This document shows, one piece after another, positions 36,866 through 47,253 of a stretch of DNA of 64,000 nt. Positions within the stretch are counted from its first letter, which is position 1. Each line of letters starts with the position of its first letter. This DNA comes from Rhizodiscina lignyota (lineage: Eukaryota). A program made the translations under genes and the position numbers. The stretch is from positions 248,001 through 312,000 of the forward strand of contig ML978138.1 in the NCBI GenBank assembly GCA_010015805.1. The letters run 5' to 3'. Below the pieces are notes generated by a model. The model made no database searches. It saw nothing but the letters and a program-made list of their open reading frames with translations, and was not told the origin of the DNA.

Positions 36866-38232
36866 ATGTCGTTCGAAATGTCGACTTTACCTCAGTCTGG
36901 AGGGTCCGGAGGTCGAAAATGGGGTGGATTCTTCTCATCATGGCGGTACGCTCCGGTGGGAGGATCGGAAGCACCACAGTCGACGTGGGAAGGCGTCAAG
37001 AACCTGTTTAGTTCGAAACGTGTTCGCATGGCCACAATCGCGGCAATAATAGTCGTCGTTCTGATAACCGTGCTACGACTGAATGCGAGTTCTCTACCTA
37101 AATATTCAGCCTGGAGTGATGGCTCAACTGAGAAATCGGGCGAGAAATCCACCGACAAGACAACCACCGACAAACCAACTGCGACTGCTCCTCCAGCTTT
37201 CAGCATAAGCGACTGCCCGGAAGCAAAGGATCCAGTTGACTGGACCAAGTTCGCATATGTACAATATGTCACCAACGAAGCATATCTGTGCAACTCCGTC
37301 ATGATATTCGAGTCTCTTCACCGGTTGAAGAGCAAGCCAAACCGTCTTATGATGCACCCAGACAGTTGGAAGCTCGACGATCCGGGTCTCAACTCAGAGA
37401 CCAAGATGCTGCTCGAGAAGGCCAGGGACGAGTACGGCGTCGAGCTCAACCCCATTCAAGTGCAGAATGGTGGCGGAGAGCCAACATGGGCGGAGAGCTT
37501 CACGAAACTGCTCCTTTTCAACCAGACGCAGTTTGACCGCGTCCTTTTGCTTGACAGTGATGGTTCGATTCTTAATGTGAGTATTACTTGTGGTCCAGTC
37601 CAAGTCGCGTACGATGTGGCCATGAATGAGAAAGCTAACTTGATCACAGCCTCCAGACGAACTCTTCCTCCTCCCCTCCGCACCAGTCGCCATGCCCCGC
37701 GCATACTGGCTCGACAACTTCCTCTCCTCCCAAGTCATCGTCGCCGAGCCCTCCAAGTTCGAATGGCAGCGCATCGAAGAAGGTATCAAGAAACACCAGA
37801 GCACAGAATTCGACATGGAAATCGTGAACCAACTCTACGGACAAAGCTGCATCGTTATCCCACACCGAAAGTACGACATTCTCACCGGCGAGTTCCGAAA
37901 TAAGGAAGACGACCACTGGCATTATCTCGGTTCGAAGGAAGAGAAGTGGGATCCGGATCAGATTATTAAGGAGACAAAGTTCGTGCACTTCTCTGATTGG
38001 CCGTTCCCGAAGCCGTGGATAGATGGTGGAGATGGTGCGCGCCAGCAGAGGATGCCGGAGTGTCATCAGAGAGAAAATGGGAAGGAGGACTGTCGGGACC
38101 AGAAGTACTGGTTGTGGTTTTATTCGGACTTCTCGGAGAGAAGACAGGTAGGTCTACTTTTACCCCGAGCATTGAGCAATGAGGTGCTAACCTGTGTCAC
38201 AGAGAGTATGCAACAAGGCGTATGGCAAATGA
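36866..38232 (+). CDS. GNT1: Glycosyltransferase family 8, glucose N-acetyltransferase Gnt1-like
   Basis: Type-II anchor, FAYVQYVTNEAYLCNSVMIF, WAESFTKLLLFNQTQFDRVLLLDSD, intron, DELFLLPSAPVAMPRAYW, VHFSDWPFPKPW. Confidence 0.85.
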
Positions 38233-38769
38233 GCGTCAGCGTTTTTCGCGTGTAGGAATACGGCATGTTAAAAGCTATTTTCAGGATGATAACGACAGAT
38301 TACAGCGGTCTGTTTTGCATGCATAGGCGTCTGGGTTTGGATGGAGAGGATTTTGGCTCATTCGTCATGGACTCAGCGGGCGCTTCTTGCTCTGGGATAC
38401 TTTTAGCCTCATTGTGAAGATTTGTATTGAAAAAGAGATGAGCGTAAAATGACCGACCTTGCCATGAATAGTCATGAGAGCATTTGTTCAAGCGCATGAA
38501 ATTTCAGTTGTGAAGCTCAATTGTCTCCTTTGCGGACCTGCATGTCCTGAGGTGGTCGCCTTAGCGCACCATAACTAAGATAAGGGGCTCTACAGAGTAC
38601 TACTCCCGTGCTCCGATATTCGCTCTTAAGCTGTCAGACTGCTCAGAAGTTCGGTATTGAATCATTTTACGAATACTCCGGAGCATTCATTACGACGCTT
38701 TATCGCTAATGAACTATCTCATACACGTGCGGCCTGGAAAATACCAAACACGCGACCGACACCATATGC

Positions 38770-41000
38770 TCAGTCTATTTTGATAGCCGCATAGATACGC
38801 CTCACAAATGCATAAGCAGCCAGGAACCCGACCGTACCCGTTAATAGTCCGTACACCGCGCATGCGAGGAAGCTGTAGCTAAAGAACAGCAAACCCGATA
38901 CGAAACCCGTAATGTGTAAATTCATGAAGAAGAACCAGATGCAGTAAGCGAACACCCAGGCAGAGCTTGCGCCGCCGACGAAAAAGGCGTACCAGTGCCA
39001 ATGGTGATTCTGTGTCAGCGTTAGCAATCATGTCCAAAGAGAAGGTATGAGAGTGAAGATTACGCACCTCAGCACATAGACGCATGTAGACAGCGACAAT
39101 GGTGACCTCTACAATGGTTAGGAGTAGGATAACACCCACGACAGCCATGAATCCAAAGACATAATAGTAACCCGTCTTGTCCTGCCACATGTTTTTAAAC
39201 ACGAACAGCAGCTCGACGAAGATTACGGCAAATGGAATCAAGCCTGCTAGAAGGACCGTCTGTACCGTCCTTCCGGTGGTATTCCATGAGCTTGCTGGGA
39301 TTTGTCGTGCAATGGCGTTCGTCTTGATAGGATGCTCCCAAGCGCCGACGTGAGTGAAGCCGTAGTAGCTGCCGAAGTAGACGAGCGGGAGTTGGATGAG
39401 GAGCCAGAGAGCGACAAGAGCGAGTAGTGTGGAGAAAGGGATGGCGGTGCTGGAGGCCTGGCCCCAGACGAAGAAATTCAGGATGAATGTTATGGCGAAG
39501 ACGAGACCAGGAACCAGTGTCGCGGTCTGGAGATGCTGTGAGATGAATGACATCGTTTGTGATAAGAATGTAGACTTACTACAAGTACGTTCTTCCGCCA
39601 CTGCTCGCCTCCGAAGGTCTTGTACACTCGTGCCGAGTAGTAGCCTGAGAAGACTCCGGCGAAGATGAAGAGTGCGAATCCCACACTGATAAAACCACCT
39701 CTGAACGAAGGATTTAGAATTCCCAGGCAACTCAGCAGTACAAGACCAATGGCCATAAACATGAGCTGCATCCCGGACCCGATCAACGGTGCAAGCAAGC
39801 CGCCCTGGGTTGGTGGTCTGAATACGTCGCCATGCAGCAGCTTCCAGCCAGTGATTTCCTCAAGGGGAATATCGTCATTGTCATCTACCTCCTCTGCGGC
39901 ATCCGGCTCGCTGAGGATTCCATTATCTGTGCTCTTTCTCATGCTCTTCCTTCGCCGCATTCTGATGCCTCCAGACTCTGTATCCTTTGCGCCTGCGGCA
40001 ATATCCCCACGAATCGTACGAGCCAGAATAACAGCGACAATGGCTGTCAACAGCCCGCAAATGATCAGCGAATTTATGATGGCAAACCAATGTACTCTGG
40101 AGCTGTCGTCCTGGTTGACAAAGTACATGTCCCATCGATTCGACCATTCCAAGTTCTTGTCCTCTTTAAAGTACACGGAATATGTGTAGGGGATCTTCAT
40201 CGTGTTTGGCTCGCCATTGCTGTCGGATTTGAGATCTAGCTCGAGTCCTTTCTTGGGATTGTCAAGATTCTTTGGAATTCCCTTCTTGTCGCGGTTCCCG
40301 GCTTCGACACTCTTGGGATACACCTCGAAGCCAACGATGACTTTCTTGCCCTGCTCACCTTCTCGACCAGGAGCATTGCGGTACAGTATCTGCAAGGTGA
40401 CGTGGTTGTTCAGGAAGTAATGTGGTTGGCCCTGCTTGTCTATTTCATCGTGGCCCATTTTGAATCCCGCAGCGTAGTATTTCTTGGTCTTGTCTGCAGT
40501 GACGAAGCTTGTAGCGCCAGGTAGATTGTCCACGATCCATTCGGCAACGTATCCATCCCTGATCAGTTCTATCCCTCTCTGGACTGCAGCTTCATTAGCT
40601 TCGACCTCACATAGTAGCCGAGCATCTTCGTCCTTGCCCATCACGAGCTCATAATCGGATACCGTGATGCGGTCGCCGCGTAGGACCTCACCGAGGTTTA
40701 AAGAGAGCGTTGTGCCGCTTGTCCATGGCGAGCCAGGTCGCTTCTTCCCGGTCGAGGGACAGACAAAGGGGAGCTCGGCGTACGCGTACTGGAGTTGGGT
40801 CTTGGAGGAGTGGACTTTATTGACTAGGAGCGGTATTGATTCGCCGGTGGAATAGGTTTTGGTGGAGATGCCTGACACAGTGAGTCTTATATCAATACTA
40901 GACGCTTGATATGAGTACCTGGGATGTAAAACGCGTGGGTAGTCGCAAAGAAGAAGGCTACGAAAGCCAGGGCGCTGTTGAATCTGCAGTCGAAATGCAT
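38770..41000 (-). CDS. Transmembrane 9 superfamily (endomembrane protein 70 / Tmn-like)
   Basis: Signal peptide ending AFYIPG, QLQYAYAELPFVC, LNLGEVLRGDRI, WIVDNLPGAT, GWKLLHGDVFR, C-terminus FVRRIYAAIKID. Confidence 0.92.
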
Positions 41001-41564
41001 CTCGCCGCTAAGAACTTTCTTCGCCGCTCAGCGAATCCAAGGCAACACATAGATTCCTTGTCATCTGTAGCTCGGCCTTTAGCTGTTTGTGTATAAGAGG
41101 TTTATTTTCGTTGAAGCGAAGCTCTGGGCGTGAAGAAGGGGAGCTTACGTTTACCTTGCGGACGTCATACTACTGGCGGGTACCTTGCGAGAGCTTGCGA
41201 GACCCTTGGACCGCAACGGATTTAGCACGTCGGACATCTCCCTTGCTTGCAACTAACATGAACCTACTTCGATCAATACCAAGGCACTACAGAGACGTCC
41301 CGGCGTTTGCTTTGGCATTAACGCTCTCATAATGTCATGTCGGGAAAATAACGGCGCCCTTGGCACTTTGACGAGCCTGCGAGTGGCACCTCGCTCTCGC
41401 CGGAGGAATATACTGATAAGCAAGCGACTCGTTAGCTGAAAGTTTCCGGCGCTACAGACATATAAGTTCGCTCAGAATCTCAAGGCAAGTTTCAGATTTC
41501 TCAGCTCTTAGATCGTATCCTCCTGCTCTCTCTACATATCTTTCTCCGTCTCCCTCGCCCCATC

Positions 41565-42446
41565 ATGGCTAGAATCTTCCCGATTGCCATACTGGTCGCC
41601 ATCGTCGGATCCATTACATGGCTGGGCCGCACACTGTGGATTGACGAGCTTCGATATCCGTTCATGTTCAGAATTTCAGGCGGCGACCCGAGCCTGAACG
41701 TGGCATGGAAATCAACCGAGACGGATCTTCCATGCGCGAAGTACGAAATCATATACGCACGAGGATCAACCGAACCCACTCCGCTTGGATACCTCATTGG
41801 GCCTAAACTCGCAGCTGAACTGCGCAAGCATCTCGGAGACGACCCAAAGGAAGCTCTTATCGTCGGCCTTGACTGGATGGCCAACTTCGTTCTTCCGGAC
41901 TCTGGAGTGCAAGGCATTGAGCGCCTCATAGAGCGCGTACAGCGGAGGGCGAAGCAATGCCCTAACATGCACTTTGCGCTCGCTGGTTATTCTCAAGGCG
42001 CAGATGTCATTAGAATATCCCTCCAAAGTCTGACCGATTACAAAGAACAGATTAGGGCGATCGCCGTGTGGGGAGACCCTCTGACGTCCATCGGCTGGCC
42101 GCCTTACTACAAGGGACGGGTATTGAACTTGTGCAATCCTGGAGATCGAGCATGCGGCGGCAAGGGTATTATCAGGCACTTCATTTACGCAACGGAAAGG
42201 GACGAGCTGCATGTTCCTGCTGCAGAATTCATCGCCGAGAAGCTGAAGGACGAACGAGAGGGCACGGGGCCGGCCGCTTTCGAACGTCTACCTGTCATTG
42301 GGGCCGGTGTTGCCTTCTTATTCCCTTGGAAGGAATTTCCACCGCCAGAATGGCAGGTCGATTTTCCGGAAGGGGTTGTTGCTCCCACGATTGGGCTAAA
42401 GGGGGTTGGAATGCAGGATATCAAGGCATGGAAAGATGAGTTGTAG
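41565..42446 (+). CDS. Cutinase/CE5-like alpha/beta hydrolase
   Basis: IIYARGSTEP, CPNMHFALAGYSQGA (nucleophile Ser), WGDP, CNPGDRAC (Asp), HFIY (His). Hydrophobic N-terminus. Ends in KDEL. Confidence 0.85.
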   Translation: MARIFPIAILVAIVGSITWLGRTLWIDELRYPFMFRISGGDPSLNVAWKSTETDLPCAKYEIIYARGSTEPTPLGYLIGPKLAAELRKHLGDDPKEALIVGLDWMANFVLPDSGVQGIERLIERVQRRAKQCPNMHFALAGYSQGADVIRISLQSLTDYKEQIRAIAVWGDPLTSIGWPPYYKGRVLNLCNPGDRACGGKGIIRHFIYATERDELHVPAAEFIAEKLKDEREGTGPAAFERLPVIGAGVAFLFPWKEFPPPEWQVDFPEGVVAPTIGLKGVGMQDIKAWKDEL

Positions 42447-42862
42447 AGTCTACTTTGCGTTCAAATACGATGTCTTTCTCAACTTGATTCTGATTTCGAA
42501 TTTGCTGATTCAAGTTGTGAGGTTTCACAACGAGCCTTACTCACTGTGTGGGTTAAAAGAGCAGATAGTGTTTGCTTTTCGGTAACTCCAGCTCGGGATC
42601 ATGACTGCCGTCGACAAATTCACCTCCTCCCATTGTGCGGTTGAGCAAGTGTCCACATCCTTGAAAGTAGACCACGTATTGCTCAAGTTAACGGAACCTC
42701 GGCTCAGCCCTTCGTGCCACAAGACCCTGGCTATCATTGTTACTTTTGAATGCGCTAACTCCGTCAGGTCGCACGACCTCTCTGCCTGATCGAGATGAGA
42801 GCTCTGAATAAACCAACCATTCCTGCTTTGAATTCCCGCCTCGAATCATCGTGTAAAGCGCT

Positions 42863-45284
42863 ATGTCTCCCTGGAGATTTCTTCCAAAGAAACTGCCCGT
42901 AAGATCTGAATCCTCCAACCGAGGCAGAAGCACACGACAGAGCGTGCCAACTTGTCAGTCCGAGAGCCTTTCCTTGGACCGGGCAACTTCATCGTCATGC
43001 CCGATCTGCGAAAATATTGCCTGGATCGCAAACAATCCCCATAAAGTTCAATGGGAAGGCCATACTCGGCCTCAGGTGTCTAATTGGAGCAAGTGCACTA
43101 CTCTCTGCCGATGGAATGAATATCTGGAATCTGCCAGAACTTGTGCAACATGTAACGCAATGAAGGAGCATATCGAGGATAACGCGACCAAAATTGGTCG
43201 AGGCTACTGCGAATCTTGCAAGATTATCATCTCTGAGGATATGTGGGGTGTCTATAGGATCGGACCGGCAAGTCTTCCCTTCTTTGCAAGGATATGCGGA
43301 TAGTTTTTATTATTGTTTTTCGGACTGCAGAAAACTAATTCATTTATAGTCGCTTTTATGTGAGACAGGGTCTCATCATTCCAGCTGGTGGGAAAACGGC
43401 GACGAGAACGAACTTGGACTGGATTTTGGTCTATATAAACCCGGGAGTTTTCGCGACATCAGAGAGAAGCTCGACATTGAGAGGATCAAGTCCATCATTA
43501 AGCAATGTGATGATACTCATTCATGTATCCTCCTCCCCCAGCAAAACAAGCGCAGGATAATGCTTGTTGACGTGGTTGATAATTGTCTTGTCAGAACGAG
43601 TGGCAAGCCCAGATATGCTTCCCTATCGTACGTTTGGGGACCGTCGAAGCAAGCATTCACCTCCACGAAAGCAAATGTCAATGAGCTCTTCGTGCCTGGA
43701 TCTTTGGAGAGACACACGAGAGATCTTTCTGCTACTGTGTCAGATGCTATTGTCTTGACCAGACAGCTTGGAATCCGTTATTTATGGGCCGACCGCATGT
43801 GCATTGTCCAAGACGACGAAGAGGATGTACGCGAGCAGATCTCAGGTATGGCACAGATATACGAAGGAGCTTATATCAACATTGTGGCTGCAACAGGATC
43901 CAACGCTGAGAGTGGACTTCCGGGAGTCACCGTTCCGAGGGACCAGTCAGGTATGATTCTGTTCACCCCTTACAGTTGAAAAGTATACTCTGGAAGAGAA
44001 AAATGTCTATCACACAAGAGCGTGGACATTTCAAGAACGGCTTTTGAGCAGAAGGAACCTCATATTCCACGGAAAGAGCATTCCCACAATTTTGTGGGAA
44101 TGTCACAAGCAAATGCTACCAGAACATACCATTAATGTCAAAGAGCTGTTGTTTCGTCAAAGAGGGAAAAGTAGGGATCAATTGCCATCAGATCTGGCGG
44201 ATTTCTGTCACTGGAACACTTACGAAAACCTTGTTGCGGAATACACCACGAGGAAGCTTACATATAGCAAAGATGCGATGAGAGCTTTCTCAGCCCTACT
44301 TACCGCTCTTGAACGAGTGTGTCCAGAAGGATTCTATTTCGGTCTACCTTCTTTCTTTTTCAGCATCACTCTGCTATGGTACAGCATTCTGGCACAACCG
44401 GGTCGACGGAGTGAGTTCCCATCCTGGTCCTTTTTCGGCTGGAGTGGGCGATGCGACAGGGTCCTTGGTATATGAGGGCGATTCTGTTGGATTCTTCGAA
44501 CCCGTAGCAGAATGGTATAGTGAGGATGCCAAAACAAAAGAATTAATTCCCATCAACGACTCATGGTATCTCGACTGGAATTCTTGGAAGGACGTGTACG
44601 CCGATTCGGATCGTGGCTTTGAATCCAACCCTGTACTTCGTACTGTTAAATGGCAGGAAAAGCTTCGAGGAGCCCGGGGAGCATCTGTGTCTAATATGAA
44701 CTATAATACCGACGCTAGTGATCCTTCAGTGGGCAGGTGGTCGCCATTACTACATGGCAAAGTTCACATTGGGAAATTAAAGTTCACATTGGGAAATTCA
44801 GACTTGGCTCTTCGATTGGTGAATCAAGATATGGAAAGTTTCACGTCCTTAGTCCTGCGAATGATTGGTGCGGGACTATCCAAGCCACTGAACTTAACTC
44901 CAGCACGCAGTGTACTGGAGCAGAATGTGATTTAGTAAGTAAGGCCAAAGTCCCATCCATTTAAACGTTGGTTTCTGGCCCCTCCCTTTATGTCATCCAT
45001 CAACAGCTTCCTGATTTCTTGCAATCAACCTTTGGCTAATTGAAATCTTGTTTCAGGTAGCGATTCTACGCGTGGAAGAAGTTTGTATGGCTTGGCTGGA
45101 AGTGACCGAAAACCAACTGCAGGATCGGGGCATTACGGTGGACGAAAGGGGTGCTTTTGAGACGATACGTACACTCTGGATTTGCTGGCAGAATGGAATG
45201 GCATATCGGCAAGGCACTGCTATCATTGCCGCCAAGTGCTGGCAGGAACAGGATACAGGTGAATCGGACATAGTAATCAGGTGA
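42863..45284 (+). pseudogene. HET (heterokaryon incompatibility) domain gene, frame-disrupted
   Basis: YASLSYVWG, TVSDAIVLTRQLGIRYLWADRMCIVQDD, MAQIYEGA, TRAWTFQERLLSRR, FPSWSFFGWSG. Frame breaks near 43951-43980, near 44460, and at an exact 20-bp duplication at 44759-44798. Confidence 0.75.
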
Positions 45285-45849
45285 CAGATGCCAAAGTGGG
45301 AACGATTTCTTTCGCATTACAGGGTACGAAGGACGTAATGTCCAACATGGTAACCGTACATAGAGCTACTCTATTGGTATTGCCTTAAGCACTTCTAAGA
45401 AGCCTCTATGTATTGTTGAGTTTACGTTCGAGGTTGTTTGGGAGTAGTCTGCCACAGCTGCCTTGGAAGATTTGCTTCTTGTTGCTGTGAAAAGAGAACC
45501 TTGTCCATTGCAGCAGGAACCGTAGCTAGACCACATTGAAATTAATTGATTAGTGAGCTTTATCATGATTCCAGGCAGTGGTAACGACACTGTGAATGAA
45601 GAGCCCATCTTCAATTCTCTTGGCGCCCTCCTGCGTAGAGTATCAACAAACCACTTTCAATGTCAACATCTCCGTAGCGTCGGACTCACCATCAAGGAGC
45701 GTTTTCCTATTTTGGGATATGTTGCGACCTCGTATCAAGGGCGTAAGAACATTTTCACGCCACTCTCGTTATTTCGTATCCTTGGAACATCAAAGCGTAC
45801 CTTCTAGCTCACTCTGAGAGTATCTACTTCCATCCCCTCGAATACTTCG

Positions 45850-47103
45850 ATGTTGAAGTACACTCCGCTCGCAGAACGTTATGCTGTCAACGGCGCTTTT
45901 GCAACCCTCGTCGTTCCCCTCTGCTACATCCTCATTTCTCTTTGCGCGGCTTTTCGACCAAGTGCATCTCGAACAGTCCTTACAGGTTCTGCAATCATCG
46001 CCATCACCTTTCTACTATACAATATCCGGATCGATGCTCCATACGCGGAGATATATGCCGGGTTGACCTGCTGGGGAATATATCTTTTCCATTGGTGCGA
46101 CCGCATCTTGCTCGCGTCTCAGGACCACGAAAAATGGCATGACGTACCCACGACAGACGGGCCTGCGAAAAGACCACCTCGACAATTAGAATTCGGGCCT
46201 CCGGAGGGCTTCCTGAAGCGGCTGAAGTGGAGTTGGAGCCATACCATCGCGACCAGGGGATTCGGCAAATCCTGGCAGGTCAAAAAGGTGCCACCTGCTC
46301 CCCCGCCGGGCACTGGACGCTGGACATTTGTCGTGGCCCACCTGCTGCGCTTTTTCATCTTCATGACCATTGCCGACTTGGGGAAAATTTGGGCTGCCAA
46401 CACCGCATTGACTGGATACCATTACTGGGAAGATGCAGAGTCGGCCAAGGCGAGCGGCGATCCAGTCTTCTTCTCACTTTCCCTTATGGAGCGTGTTCAA
46501 TGCTGCTGGCTTCTGATATGTGTAGCGTACTGGACACTGACGTTTATTTCCTCTCTTCTATATGCCGTCACAGTCGCTCTGGGAATCTGGAAGTCAGAGG
46601 ACTGCCCGCCTCCCTTTGGCGACCTGAAGCACCTCTACACTGTTCGCAATGCGTGGTCCATCGTTTGGCATCAGTGTTTGCGCAGGATCGCTACAGTTCC
46701 GGGGACTTTGGTTGCGAAAAGGTGGCTGAAGCTGAAGCCTGGAACCTTTGCATCGAAATACTCACAGCTTTTCATTGGGTTTGCGGTGACGGGTGCCGCT
46801 CACAGCATTGGCTCTCTCCTCATATGGGGTCGCGACACTGGTGAGATACCATTCTGGATGGCACAAGCCACAGCAATAATGATAGAAGATCATGTCGTGA
46901 GCTTTGGGAAGCAGCTTGGACTGAAAGACAGCGAGTTCTGGAGATTCGCTGGTTTCGTTTGGGTTGGGGTATGGTTCAGCTGGTCTCCTCAGACCCTCTT
47001 CGGCAACAGTGTGGAAGATGGATTCCTAATCTCAAGACGGCCCCCGGACATGTTTGGTTTTGATGCTTGGCTGAAAATGAGGCGTGGAGTTGTGCAAACA
47101 TGA
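45850..47103 (+). CDS. Membrane-bound O-acyltransferase (MBOAT_2 / Tri7 / wax synthase-like)
   Basis: Multi-TM protein with TRGFGKSWQV, PPPFGDLKHLYTVRNAWSIVWHQCLRR, FAVTGAAH, AQATAIMIED. Confidence 0.85.
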   Translation: MLKYTPLAERYAVNGAFATLVVPLCYILISLCAAFRPSASRTVLTGSAIIAITFLLYNIRIDAPYAEIYAGLTCWGIYLFHWCDRILLASQDHEKWHDVPTTDGPAKRPPRQLEFGPPEGFLKRLKWSWSHTIATRGFGKSWQVKKVPPAPPPGTGRWTFVVAHLLRFFIFMTIADLGKIWAANTALTGYHYWEDAESAKASGDPVFFSLSLMERVQCCWLLICVAYWTLTFISSLLYAVTVALGIWKSEDCPPPFGDLKHLYTVRNAWSIVWHQCLRRIATVPGTLVAKRWLKLKPGTFASKYSQLFIGFAVTGAAHSIGSLLIWGRDTGEIPFWMAQATAIMIEDHVVSFGKQLGLKDSEFWRFAGFVWVGVWFSWSPQTLFGNSVEDGFLISRRPPDMFGFDAWLKMRRGVVQT

Positions 47104-47253
47104 CGAGCACGCTCGAAGCTGCCTCTTCATTGCAACTTGGAGGTCTCAGGAGGATTCGAGCAAGGTCAGCTCCATAAGCGTTAGTATATTACTATAAACA
47201 AGACATTATTTACAGCATCATCGAGAATATATATCTCTGAGCACATTTCCGCA

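Noticed and set aside
38560..38670. Faint 5S rRNA-like words (accata, ctcccgt, cttaagc)
   Set aside because: Spacing and the 3' half do not fit fungal 5S rRNA.
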